From: an uncultured cyanobacterium
Lineage (GTDB): Bacteria > Cyanobacteriota > Cyanobacteriia > Cyanobacteriales > CAWCAG01
Direction of reading: 5' to 3'
DNA length: 64,000 nucleotides
NCBI GenBank assembly: GCA_963803805.1
Contig: CAWDOD010000002.1
Coordinates: 736,001 to 800,000 of the forward strand
Position 1 is the first letter of the stretch. Each line of letters opens with the position of its first letter. Under the pieces are notes generated by a model. It did no database searches and was not told the origin of the DNA. It saw only the letters and a program-made list of their open reading frames with translations. Below are positions 1-11,136 of this stretch, piece after piece. The position numbers and the translations under genes are program-made.

Positions 1-2
1 AA

Positions 3-3000
3 GTAGTTCTTAATTCTGCCTTACCTGCCATTGATAGAGCGAAAGCGAAGATGGAAAAGGTATTTGCTTCGCCGACTACTAGGGGAACAGCCTCGGAAAT
101 CATTATTAATACTGAGTTTAAAAAATCTAAGTTTACTTTCAAAGATGAAACTCGCTTAGAAATTGCTTACGATGCGGCTACACCTGCGGGTATCCAAGGG
201 GGAATAGGTAAGCCGGCTGTCAATCTCAAAGAAGATGAAACCAGCATCAATGCTTGGCGTTTTCCTGTCGATACAAATAACAACGGTAAATTTGATAGCT
301 TTACTCTCTACAGCTTAGTATTCCGTACTCCGCTTTTTGATCCTGCTGGTACTGATGGTGACTATATCAGGGAAAGGACTCCCATCGAAGCCAGGACAGC
401 CCCTATGGACGATGGAGATGTGGGGGGCTTTTGTGCCGCAGCTTTAGGGACGAGTGCGAGTTTAACCGGTAGTAGTGACTGGTTTGATATTGGTGGAGAC
501 TTAAAGAAAAGCTTTTTTGTTTATGTGGCTACCGTACCAATTACAGATATAACGGAATTAGCCCTTTCTACTACGGAGTATGAAAACTTTCCGGGAACTC
601 CTAACTTCTCTGTGTTGGAATATCAACAAGACCGAGTAGAAATTCCCCCTGCTAACAACGCTATCCTTTATACCGATGACTTGGATGTAGTTTCTGGTAC
701 ACCTTTACGCATTAATGGGCGGATTTTTACTAACAGTAATATGTTGGTGACGGAACTAAACAATGCCCCCATTGAATTTTATCAAGTTAGTAGTGAAGAT
801 TCTTGCTTCTATAGACCAGAAAACGGCAAAATTGTTATTGGAGGGAACTTAGGTTACGGCAGAATTGGTGCAGCTAGCCCTCCTGCTAATAACCTCAAAG
901 CTGACCTTTATAAAAAAGGTAACGTTACTGTCAAAAATGATGCTTTAACCCCTACCAATAAAAGCGTTACCCAAGCTTCAGACTTGTTGGCATACAATAC
1001 CCAAGCTTATGAACAACGCATCAATAAGCTTGTAGAGGAAGGTGCGCCAAATGACGAGGTTTTAGAAACAAAGCAAGCACTCATAGATGAAAAAGGCTTA
1101 GATGCTATCGAGGCTGAGAAACAGGCGATGGATATCTACTTCCGTAACCGTACTCGTCGAGTTCCTTTCGTTGAAGTTCCTGCTGGAGGTGATGGCACAG
1201 TTGGTTTCACAGCAGTACAGGGGGCTGGGACAGACGATATGCGTCCACAAGATAGTTGGATGTTTCCTTTTAATCCTGGTGATGGCAAAACAGGGACTGG
1301 TTTCAGTACTATGACCCTGAATGCCAATGGCACTAAACTTTACCCCGCAGCTACCAATCCAGATAATATCCAAAGTGATAGGGAAGAAAGGGTAGGAGAT
1401 CGCGTTTTAGTTGGTAACGGTTTACCGGCCCTTTGGTACGACAACAGTGGCTTCGTGGGGGAAAAAGAAAAACAACCCATTTCTGGCTTCACCTGGGATG
1501 ATAGTGGGCAACGTTATCGCCAAACTCGCTCTGAGTTGGTTAAAGACTTGGATGCGACAGAAAGGGGTGGTTTTTGGGAACAGGCAGCGGCTGAACATTT
1601 CCAGAAGCCTGAAGATGGTATAGGTGGCTTGCGAGTTGTTACAGGTGCAGGTGTTTATTTACCTTGGGATGCCAATATCACTACGGGTTCTAATGTCAGT
1701 CTGACCTGATACAATGCCTCAGCCAGCTCTGAATACGACTACATATCCGACAGGAGTACCTACAACTACTCCTAATACAGGAAAGGTTTATACAGCAGGC
1801 AGTCCTATAGACTCTGCTGGTACTCGTCCTTACCTACATATGCGGGCAACGGCAGTTTATCACCATAACAATTTTGTTGCTGATGGAGATAAAAATATTG
1901 CTAGAGATCCCATAGCCTGTGTAGCGACTTTCTACGACCCCACTACGAAAGAAACAGCCAGGAATCGTTTAAACGACTTTGGGGGTGCTAGTCTTGCCAG
2001 CGATGCTGATTTTGACTTTGGTGATGGTGCAACTCCATTTGATGATGTTAGTGGTTTTGCTGCCAGGAGGCCTGTAGTAAATCCTCCTAACCCCGTTCTT
2101 ACTCTTGGCAGTATACCGACAAGGGCAACTTTAGTTGGTGATACTGATCCTAACAATGACCCTAACTCCCTCAATGGTATAACCTACGGACCGCCTACGA
2201 CTCCAGATACTGCTCAACTTGATTATCAAGCAGGACTATTTTATCCTAATGGACGCAGGGTCAATCCTTTATTAGAACAGGCTAGGATTAAAGGATATAC
2301 CAGTGCTACACTGACACTTCAAGAGAAAGCTGCGGTAGATACAGCAACTTGCGCCCTGGATATTCTTAATGGAAGTTTAACTCCTACAGGAACTCCAACT
2401 AGTGGTTTTAGCTTGCCCCACGGCACGATTCAGGAAGTATCTTTCCTTGATGCTCGGCAGATTAAGTCCATTGAGAAAGATATTAATACCAATCCAACTA
2501 ATGGGTATGATCCTGAAAACAACTTTGACCCAGCAGCAGGGACACCTAATTTCCAAGGTGTAACCACCCTCAACACATCAAATTACGACTTATCCATTGA
2601 GCTTCGTCAGCCCTTGGAAATCAGGGCTACTCAAATCAACTTAGACAAATTACGTCAAGCTCCTGGTGGAGGAGGTACGCCCACAGAATATATGCTTGCC
2701 CATAGCGGTATTATCTACGCTACCCGCGAGGATGCTTTACCAGACTTGACTGATGCTGATGGTTTACAAGCAAGTGCCTCTGACCACAAACTAGACCCAA
2801 CTCGCAGACCTAACGGCATCTTGCTAGTTAATGGCAAGGAGTTAGGGCGAGAACCAAGCAACAATTATGTAGAAGCGGAAAAAGGTTTAATCTTAGCTTC
2901 TAACTTACCAGTTTATGTAAAAGGGGATTTTAACCTCCACGATCACGAAGAATTTGATACTAAATTACTTCCTGATTGGAGTAACTTTTATACCCGCACC

Positions 3001-4572
3001 GATTTGAATAAAAACTTCGCTTGTCGTAAAAATGATACCAGGTTGCCAGATTGTACTCAAGGGGATAAGTGGCGACCAGCAACTGTATTAGCAGATTCTG
3101 TGACGCTTTTGTCTGATAACTTCCGCTTTGGTTTCCGCGATGAAGGTGACTTTGATTTAAGGAACAATCGCATTGATAACATAGCGGATGCGGATAATGA
3201 TGGAACCACAGATATAGATAACTTCCAAACTATTCGGAATGACCGGGCAAAGAATGGTTTTTGGGATAACAACTTTGTTACTAGCCGCTCTTTTACTGAT
3301 ACTAACTTCTCAACTCCTATTTCTGCTACTGGCGATCCCACTAAGTACAGCTCTTATTTCAATAACTTTGTTACTCCAATTCAAAGACGGAGTGGTTTCG
3401 CAGAGTATGTGATGGAAATGTGTCCCAAACTACCTGTTTCTGAATGTGCTGCGAGTGACTGGATTTTAGCCCCAGGTGTGACATCAGCAACTGTGATAGC
3501 AGGTACAGCAGTTACTTCCCTGACATCAGGAACTACTAAAACAGCCGCAACCAACACAGCGGAGCAACGTTTTCCCCGTAGAGTTGCCTTCCAACGCAAT
3601 GGTTCAGGAAATTTAGTTTTAGTTGGTGGTCGCCCAGTGGCATGGGGAGTAGATAGTAGTAGCAAGGTTCAGCTCTATAGCGGTACGAGTGTTCCTTCTA
3701 ATAAACCAGGTAACACTCTTTGGTTCAAAACCATTAAATCTGGTGCTATCAACTGGGGAAAAAATAATCCACTATTTATTCAAAATCAAGCTGCTCTTAC
3801 AGGCGCAACTCCAGATGAACATCCTCTTTTAGAACCAGTAACACAACTACAAATTGCCACTAAAAATTCCCCTGGCGATGAGGCTAGTTTCTTAAATTTA
3901 ATGAGTAGCAGCAATAATCCAGTTGCGCTGACAGAATGGCTACCTCAAGCTGCTCTAAATCCCTCTGCAACAGGAAACGAAGGAACTACCTTTAACATGA
4001 TTATGGCAGTAGGAGATAATCCTTCCCGTCCTCCTGGTGCTAGTGATGATGGAGACTTTAATGGTGGTGTAGCTAACTTACCTCACTTTTTGGAAAACTG
4101 GAAATCGAATTTAACAAACAATAACAGCCCTACTACCCCTTCCAAAATTAGCGGTTCGTTTATTCAACTCAAACGAAGTAGCTATGCAACTGCTCCCTTC
4201 GTGACAGTACCTATAATTGATGACCAAGACGCTTATACCAGGGTGGCAGACAGTAGATTTGGCACTAAGCTAAGCTACAGGACAGGTAACAGTGACGGGC
4301 GAGTTCCATACTACGAAGCACCAGAAAGACAATGGGGTTTTGATGTCGGCTTGCTTTCTCAGTCTCCTGACTTATTCTCCAAGGAATTCGCTCAATCCTT
4401 TAGCGGTGAACCCAATGAATACTTCCGAGAAATTAGTCGGGATGATGAATGGATAGAAACCTTGCTTTGTGGTAAACCTCTAACCCCAGCAGAAGATGCG
4501 ATCGCATCTACAAAAGCAATCAACGATAGAATACGTCCTAACGGATTCTGTACTGCTAAAACAGGAGGCTAA
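3..4572 (+). pseudogene. hpsA: HpsA-like large protein (hormogonium polysaccharide locus), 5'-truncated by window edge and split into two ORFs (..1709 and 1714..4572)
   Basis: Frame is open from base 3 (VVLNSALPAIDRAKAK). Motifs GGLRVVTGAGVYL, LEIRAT, GIIYATREDAL, GLILASNLPVYVKGDFNLH, NGGVANLPHFLENW and WGFDVGLL resemble cyanobacterial HpsA, and three pseudopilins follow. Break at about 1698-1704; may be a sequencing error rather than a real pseudogene. Confidence 0.75.
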
Positions 4573-4575
4573 ACC

Positions 4576-5298
4576 ATGAAGAAATTACTAAAGCAACCTT
4601 ACTTAAACCCAAACAATCAAGACGGTTTCACCATCATTGAATCCTTGTTAGCGATTATTGTCGTCGGCATCTTAATGACAGCAGTTGCCCCGGTGATTGC
4701 CTTCTCCGTAGCTAACCGAGTCCAGGCACAAAGGGTAGAAACAGCAACGAATGCAGCTAGGGCGTTTATAGAAGGGGTTAGGAATGGTAACATTCCCGCC
4801 TTCGAGGGCGATCCTGATGCTATTCCTCCTATTCCTGCCAAATTAAACCTTAGTGCTACTGCCTTTGAAAATGAACCGGCTCCTGCTAAGGCAGCTCTCA
4901 ACTGTCCCAAGGATCGGGACTTTTGCACCAGCCCCACCACCTTATATTGTATCAACGGTGATGAAAACGCCGGTTGTCAGATCGATAGCTTTAAGGACAT
5001 GATTGTTCAGCCCCACGGCTATCATCCTGATGGTACAGTAGCAGATCCTGAAGATGGTTATATCTTAGGACTGCGGGTTTATCGGGCAGATGCTTTCGGT
5101 AGTAGCGGAACCTTAGAAACAGCTAAAGACGCAGGGGGAGTTGAGTCGGCAGTCACGGGAGGCACTGGTTTGAGGGATTCACAAGCGCCGTTATTAGAGC
5201 AAACCACAGCCATTACCACCGATGAGACGCAATTTGCTGACTTGTGCGATCGCATTAACAAACAAAATTCTGGTGGCGTTGATTCAAATTGTGACTGA
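4576..5298 (+). CDS. Type IV pilin-like pseudopilin (HpsB-like)
   Basis: Prepilin cleavage/methylation motif G|FTIIESLLAIIVVGIL; immediately after hpsA-like gene. Confidence 0.85.
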   Translation: MKKLLKQPYLNPNNQDGFTIIESLLAIIVVGILMTAVAPVIAFSVANRVQAQRVETATNAARAFIEGVRNGNIPAFEGDPDAIPPIPAKLNLSATAFENEPAPAKAALNCPKDRDFCTSPTTLYCINGDENAGCQIDSFKDMIVQPHGYHPDGTVADPEDGYILGLRVYRADAFGSSGTLETAKDAGGVESAVTGGTGLRDSQAPLLEQTTAITTDETQFADLCDRINKQNSGGVDSNCD

Positions 5299-5341
5299 AC
5301 CGTCGGGAACAGGACTTAAATAAAAATGGGGTAAAACAGTA

Positions 5342-6430
5342 ATGATTCAGGATAACAAAACAAAGGAGAGAAACAATCTTAAAAAACTGCTCCTGTTAGC
5401 CCAAAAACCACTGAGGGGTAGAGGGAAGAGTACTGCTGGTTTTACTCTCATCGAACTCCTCGTAGCCATGATTATCGCTGCCCTTGTACTTACTCCTTTG
5501 TTAGGATTTATGATCAACATCCTTAACACTGAAAGGCGTGAAGGAGCAAAAGCCAATGCTGCCCAAGAATTGCAATCAGCAGCAGATTTTATCGCTAGGG
5601 ATTTACAACAGGCCGTTTACATTTATGATGCTGATGGGCTTTATGGCAATACGACCAAAGGCTTCAATAAACCGATTATCGATCAAATAAAAGCTGACAA
5701 TATACCTAATTTATCTAATGCTACTCCGGCATTAGTATTTTGGAAACGCAAACTACTGAAAAATTCTACACCTCGCTCTTCTAGCAATGAGAATGTAACC
5801 TATTGCGAAAATAACCCCACAGACTGCGACGATGCCTTTGTTTATTCTTTAGTTGCCTACTATTTGGTAATAGATGACGCAACTAATGATCTGACCAATC
5901 AATGGCCAGGAAAGGCTCGCTTAGAGAGATTTGAAATTCAAGACGGAGTTAGGAAACGTTCAGATCCAACTAAATATTTAGATGGTAGCAAGTACCCAGA
6001 TTCAGGCTATGTATTCCAGTTAAGTACATTGCCAGGGGATAATCTGGTAGCCCAAATGAATAACTGGGAAAAAGCAGCGGCGGCTTTTTCCAAGCCTACT
6101 CAAGTATTAATAGATAATATAGATGCAACACAAATAAATACTCCAGCTAGCTTTGGTATAGAAAATTGCCCCACTGGTTTCCAACAAATACCAGACTATA
6201 CAAAAGTAGATGCTAAATTTAAGACCTATAGTTTCTATGCCTGTGTTGCTTCCAATGACAATCGTAAAACAGCCGATGCAGTCCAGGTATTCTTAAGGGG
6301 CAACGTCGCACATCGTCTCAATCCTAATCCTTTTAATTCTAGCGACACAGAATACAAAACAGATAATGCAACATTGTTTCCTAAAGCGACGGTGGAAGTT
6401 GATGCTACTGGGGGATTGGGGGACAATTAA
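5342..6430 (+). CDS. Type IV pilin-like pseudopilin (HpsC-like)
   Basis: G|FTLIELLVAMIIAAL motif; DLQQAVYIY and YSLVAYYL segments. Confidence 0.85.
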   Translation: MIQDNKTKERNNLKKLLLLAQKPLRGRGKSTAGFTLIELLVAMIIAALVLTPLLGFMINILNTERREGAKANAAQELQSAADFIARDLQQAVYIYDADGLYGNTTKGFNKPIIDQIKADNIPNLSNATPALVFWKRKLLKNSTPRSSSNENVTYCENNPTDCDDAFVYSLVAYYLVIDDATNDLTNQWPGKARLERFEIQDGVRKRSDPTKYLDGSKYPDSGYVFQLSTLPGDNLVAQMNNWEKAAAAFSKPTQVLIDNIDATQINTPASFGIENCPTGFQQIPDYTKVDAKFKTYSFYACVASNDNRKTADAVQVFLRGNVAHRLNPNPFNSSDTEYKTDNATLFPKATVEVDATGGLGDN

Positions 6431-6431
6431 A

Positions 6432-6454
6432 TTAAGTAATAAGTAATAAGTAAT
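6432..6454. repeat. Short tandem heptamer repeat (TAAGTAA)n, STRR-type
   Basis: taagtaataagtaataagtaata; the same unit recurs at about 27486-27520. Confidence 0.7.
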
Positions 6455-6466
6455 AGGTTATGGGTT

Positions 6467-7126
6467 ATGGGTAAGAGTTATTTTTGGCACAAATCAACTT
6501 CAGCGAAAGAACAAGGTTTTACCTTGATTGAGTTGCTGGTGGTGATTATTATGATTGGTATTTTGAGTGCGATCGCTGCCCCCAGTTGGCTAGCCTTCCT
6601 CAATCGTCAGCGAGTCAACAAAGCGAATGACGCTACTCTTCGGGCTTTACAAGATGCCCAAGTTAACGCGAAAAAATATAAACTTACTTATAAGGTGAGC
6701 TTCAAAAGCGACGCTACAGATGGTATCCAAATCGCAGTTTATCCTGATGGCGCTGATGATATAAATACACGTTGGAAGTCTTTAACAGAAGGGTTAGAAG
6801 TTAAGCCAGATCAGGTAGTATTCTTAAGCAATTTAGTGAATGATACTGATGCTACAGATAATAAGGACGACAGCGATACTAATGAAAATACCACTAACGC
6901 TACAACGACTCCCATCGGTATCGGTACAGAAGTCAAGACTGTTAGTTTTAACAGTTTTGGTAACGTAGATGCCGACGGTTTTGGTGCAGCTAATAATATA
7001 GTCCTTTCTGTAGCTGTTCCCAATAAAAATGGAACACCACCGTATTTTGAAGGTACTGTTCGCTGCACCAAAGTGATGACTCTTTTAGGAGGATTGCAAA
7101 CAGAAAAAACTACTGCTTGCCCTTAA
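6467..7126 (+). CDS. Type IV pilin-like protein (HpsD/FimT-like)
   Basis: G|FTLIELLVVIIMIGILSAIAAPSW motif. Confidence 0.85.
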   Translation: MGKSYFWHKSTSAKEQGFTLIELLVVIIMIGILSAIAAPSWLAFLNRQRVNKANDATLRALQDAQVNAKKYKLTYKVSFKSDATDGIQIAVYPDGADDINTRWKSLTEGLEVKPDQVVFLSNLVNDTDATDNKDDSDTNENTTNATTTPIGIGTEVKTVSFNSFGNVDADGFGAANNIVLSVAVPNKNGTPPYFEGTVRCTKVMTLLGGLQTEKTTACP

Positions 7127-7148
7127 TATCAAGAAATATCTTCTGTCT

Positions 7149-7751
7149 TTACACCTTAATTTTCTGTAACATCCTTCGGAAAAGCCTTGGCTTGACTTCA
7201 TTGTTATTAGAAGCGTTGTAACAGGTAGCAAATTCTGCTAATGCCGCTTCAAGCTCACCTTCAGCCTCTATAAGTTGCCAAAACTTAGGGAAATCTTCTT
7301 GGGCATTTTCCAACCAAAAATCCATCTTTTGGCTCTTATCCTTCAAAAATAATTCAATGTTGCTGTTGACAGTATCACAATAATCTAGAGCAACAGACAA
7401 TGGGGCATGATTACTAAGTGCATTTTCATCGAATGAACCCATTAATACCCCCTCTTTATATGCTTTGACAATGCCGCGAGAAAAACGCTTAACAAAGCTA
7501 CTGGCAGTAGCGTTATCGTCCCTTTTTAAATGAACGTATATAGCATCGTTACCATAAACCCTCTCTAACCTTCCTAAAACCCAGGAAAGTCTGTTATCTG
7601 CTTCTATATGATTTTTGGGATAGTTGAAACGCTCTTCTCCAATCAACTTACTTCTTGATTCATGGGCGCTGCTAAAATTTGATATATGTTGGCACGCTTT
7701 GATGAAAGTAGTTGAACCACATCTGCCAGTATTTAAGATGAAGATATTCAT
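7149..7751 (-). CDS. Sulfotransferase-family / P-loop protein
   Basis: N-terminal IFILNTGRCGSTT resembles the 5'-PAPS-binding loop; YVHLKRD motif. Confidence 0.6.
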   Translation of the reverse strand: MNIFILNTGRCGSTTFIKACQHISNFSSAHESRSKLIGEERFNYPKNHIEADNRLSWVLGRLERVYGNDAIYVHLKRDDNATASSFVKRFSRGIVKAYKEGVLMGSFDENALSNHAPLSVALDYCDTVNSNIELFLKDKSQKMDFWLENAQEDFPKFWQLIEAEGELEAALAEFATCYNASNNNEVKPRLFRRMLQKIKV

Positions 7752-7895
7752 TTTGCCCTTGTTGATGCTTACCAGGTATAGATTTAGTATTCCTACAAAA
7801 CAACAAAAAGTGACATATCTTTTCTAAATCAAATTAGAGTAAAGGGGTAAAAGATTGAATCACCAAGCCTTTTCCCCCTTACCTTTGGTTAATGA

Positions 7896-8102
7896 CTAAT
7901 CTTTCCCCTCAGTTTTAATCACGACAGTAAACGGGGCATCTTTTGTTGCTTCCATAGCAGATTTAACCCCGGCGTTAATAATCTTCTTAAAAGCCTTACC
8001 TGTATCTTCATCATCATTCTTCTTTTTGTCAGGGGGAAACACATCTTTAATAAATAGTGCAGCAACAGTTGTGAAAACAATCAGTGCGGGTAGTTCTACC
8101 AT
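7896..8102 (-). CDS. Small hypothetical protein with N-terminal hydrophobic helix
   Basis: 68-aa ORF, hydrophobic N-terminus then charged tail; divergent from sigma-like gene. Confidence 0.5.
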   Translation of the reverse strand: MVELPALIVFTTVAALFIKDVFPPDKKKNDDEDTGKAFKKIINAGVKSAMEATKDAPFTVVIKTEGKD

Positions 8103-8328
8103 GGTTCGTTAAACTAGTTAAGGTTTATTTTTGGTGATCGCGTGCGATCGCCTCAAAACCTTTAACGCCAAGGTACAAAAGAATATTCCAAAAATTCCGA
8201 AAAATGTTTCTTTCTAGCCGACAGCAACGGCACTAGATAAAATATGTTTGAAGGTTTGCGACAGATAAAGTGATGGTGAGATGATGAGAACCAAACTGTA
8301 ATACAAATCCTCTTCCCTGCTAGTTAAT

Positions 8329-9027
8329 ATGCCGTCTGACTTACCAGATTGTCCCCTTGAAGAATTGTTAGAACGCTATTTCCAAGGGGATGTAGAGGTT
8401 TGCAAGCAGGTAGTAAAGCATTCCCATTATCGTCTTCGAGTTGAGATTATTGCTCGTCAAAAAACAGTTTCAACTTGGTTGCATTGGGAAGACGCGGTTC
8501 AAGAAGTCCATATTCACATCCTTAAAGTAATGGGCGATCGCTGCTTTCGGTGGGGTGGAGAAAAGGAGTTTTATCGTTGGTTAGATCGGGTTGCAGAAAA
8601 TAAGATTCGGAGTTTGCTGCGTCAAGAATACAGGAAAAATAAATGGCTGGGGCGAAGTCTTGATCAGACACTTCCAGGAACAAATATTAAACTAAAAGAT
8701 AGCTTAGCTGATGAGTTTAATTTAGCAGATACCGTCGAATTTGCCGATACGATTGCCCAAGTAGCTGAAGCAGTTAAGAAGATCGATCAGCAGCAACCCA
8801 AAAAGAAGTTTCTCAAATTATGGCAAGGGCTACGTCAAGAAAGAAAACAGGGAGAACTTGCCCAAGAGTTACAGGTTAAGCAAGGGGAAATATCAAAGCG
8901 TAGACAGGAATTATTGAGGTTAGTTGCCGCGGAGTTAGGGCTTGTCAATTTTGGACAAGTTAAACAAGAATTACAGGCTATGCGTCAAGGTAAGCTGAAG
9001 CAGCGTAGGCGTTCTAATAGTTATTGA
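8329..9027 (+). CDS. ECF/sigma-70-like RNA polymerase sigma factor
   Basis: Region-2-like WEDAVQEV..FYRWLDRVAENKIRS and C-terminal HTH QGELAQELQVKQGEISKR. Confidence 0.65.
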   Translation: MPSDLPDCPLEELLERYFQGDVEVCKQVVKHSHYRLRVEIIARQKTVSTWLHWEDAVQEVHIHILKVMGDRCFRWGGEKEFYRWLDRVAENKIRSLLRQEYRKNKWLGRSLDQTLPGTNIKLKDSLADEFNLADTVEFADTIAQVAEAVKKIDQQQPKKKFLKLWQGLRQERKQGELAQELQVKQGEISKRRQELLRLVAAELGLVNFGQVKQELQAMRQGKLKQRRRSNSY

Positions 9028-10316
9028 GTGTAGAGATGAAAATTAATTTGAGCGAATCGGTTACTTCAGATTTACCTCAAATTTCTCCAAATACAATTAA
9101 ACCTGGGGAAATTTGGGAGGTGAGTCGGAAAGTATGGAGTCCTTTAATTTTAGATTGGGAGGAAGAAAATAGTCTTTATCCAGAGGCAGTGCGACAGTTT
9201 TTGGCAGGCAATTCTTCTCCTCGTTATGTGATGATTGTCCGAGAACCAGAAGCATCTCAATCGACGGAGGATGTTTGGCAACTGGTGGATGTGATGTTGC
9301 TTTCTGTACAGACAGAATATATCAGTGAAGTTGATTTAGTGATTCAGCCTCCTGTTTCTGTAACAGTGCCAGCTTTACTAGCTGAAACTTGGCAGGTTGT
9401 ATCTATGCTGACTTGTAATTTATCTCGCTATACAGGATGGCGTTTATCGCGGCAGGTTTACGATGCTTTGCTTGATGTGGGAGATTTTTATCATGATTTA
9501 AGGCCAAAATGCCCTAGCAAGAAAGAGATTGAATCTTTAGGAGTTAAAGTGGGGACAACATCAGCCCAAAAACAGGAAATTATCGCTTTTCATCAACAGG
9601 AACTGAATTGGACAACGGTTTTAGAATTACCTGTAGCGGCTTATCAAACTTACCTGAAAACTATGGAGATAACGGAGATTTTGTTTGCAGAGGCTTTATC
9701 TTTAGAAGAGGAAATTTCTGATGCTAATTTCTTGGTGCAATATTCTCCTGATCAAAACAGTTCTTCTGCCATAGTTGATCTCAGCAAATGGTGGCATCGC
9801 ATCTATGATCAAGACTGGAAACCCGTTGCAGAAATTTTTACCCCCCAACCCTTAAGTTCAGGATTCAGTTTTAGAAAACTTCCTGTAATTGGCGATTCCA
9901 CCCTAAGTATTGCCGATTTGGTCAATTTCATTTTGACAACGGAAGATGAAGAAAGTCTTTGGCAAGCGGTGGAGAAGTTGCGGTGTTTAGAACCAGAACA
10001 TCCTGCTTTAGGGGTAAGAAGGGGCAAGTTGCTAAATTTGGCAGGTTATACTTTTGCCTTGAGCATTAGTTTAATTTTGCAAAAACAAGAAAATGTCTTT
10101 ATCTTTCTCCAACTTCATCCAACAGGAGATAATCTCTATCTTCCTCCTCACCTACAACTGAGTTTGTTGGATGAGTTCGGCAATAGCTTGTTGGATATAG
10201 ACTCTAAAAGTCCAGATGCTTGCGTACGAATTCAGTTATCTGGTTCAGTAGGAGAACAGTTTACCCTCAGAATTGCTTTAGAAAAAGCAGCACTGAGGGA
10301 AAAATTTGTGATTTAG
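9024..10316 (+). CDS. DUF1822-family protein
   Basis: VDLSKWW..W and C-terminal LQLHP..LPPHLQLSLLDE.G..IQLSG..GEQFTL..EKFVI; overlaps sigma stop codon. Confidence 0.7.
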   Translation: MSVEMKINLSESVTSDLPQISPNTIKPGEIWEVSRKVWSPLILDWEEENSLYPEAVRQFLAGNSSPRYVMIVREPEASQSTEDVWQLVDVMLLSVQTEYISEVDLVIQPPVSVTVPALLAETWQVVSMLTCNLSRYTGWRLSRQVYDALLDVGDFYHDLRPKCPSKKEIESLGVKVGTTSAQKQEIIAFHQQELNWTTVLELPVAAYQTYLKTMEITEILFAEALSLEEEISDANFLVQYSPDQNSSSAIVDLSKWWHRIYDQDWKPVAEIFTPQPLSSGFSFRKLPVIGDSTLSIADLVNFILTTEDEESLWQAVEKLRCLEPEHPALGVRRGKLLNLAGYTFALSISLILQKQENVFIFLQLHPTGDNLYLPPHLQLSLLDEFGNSLLDIDSKSPDACVRIQLSGSVGEQFTLRIALEKAALREKFVI

Positions 10317-10371
10317 AGAAAATGATTAAATGTTTAATTATCGATGGTATAACCCTGTGGAGATTAGTATT

Positions 10372-11058
10372 TTACAGGGTTTTCTTGTTTAATTCTTCCT
10401 TGAAAATCCTATGTTCTGGCGCAGCAACACCTTTTTGCAATATTTTCAAGGCTTGGGCTAAGTTTCCCTCTATTAAAGCAGGCAAAGCTAACCATAAACC
10501 CGGAAAAACTTCGCTACGGATAATACCCGCCTCATCTGGTTTTACGGAAATGTATTTTCCTTGTTGCAGTTTAAACCAATCTAAACGACGATCGTAAACT
10601 TGCCACACCAGGTATTCTTGCACCCCATTACGGCGATAAGCTTGGAGTTTGTCTCCCAAGTCATAAGAAGAACTACTAGCTGCTACTTCAACAATTAATT
10701 CTGGCGCACCAACCACATACCCATCTTCGTCAATATGGGACTGCCCTCCTTTATTTTCTTCTATACGTAACAAGGCATCTGGTTGAGGTTCATTATCAGC
10801 ATCTAAGCGGACGGTAGGATTATCTCCTAAATCCACTCCAGGAGTAGCTGCCCAGTAAGTACCCAACAGAGCCATAATCATAGCGTGAGGCCTGCCGTGA
10901 ACAGTAATTCTTACTGGGGATGCCATATAAACAATTCCTTCAATTAGTTCTGCTTTTTTAACTTTTCCCATCCTTTGATAGCGACGTTCAAACTCAAAGC
11001 GAGTTAAGCGATCGCCATTTTCTAAAGGGGGTAGATTTTTGAAGGTGGTAGTATTCAT
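10372..11058 (-). CDS. Uma2-family (DUF820) putative endonuclease
   Basis: LENGDRL, AELIEGIVYM, EPQPDALL, PELIVEVA, YRRNGVQEYLVW motifs. Confidence 0.9.
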   Translation of the reverse strand: MNTTTFKNLPPLENGDRLTRFEFERRYQRMGKVKKAELIEGIVYMASPVRITVHGRPHAMIMALLGTYWAATPGVDLGDNPTVRLDADNEPQPDALLRIEENKGGQSHIDEDGYVVGAPELIVEVAASSSSYDLGDKLQAYRRNGVQEYLVWQVYDRRLDWFKLQQGKYISVKPDEAGIIRSEVFPGLWLALPALIEGNLAQALKILQKGVAAPEHRIFKEELNKKTL

Positions 11059-11136
11059 GAATATCTAGCTGATGGTTGAGGGTAAGGCAATAGGCAACAG
11101 TATTTTGACTTCCTCATCCTAGCTGCCTACTTCCTA

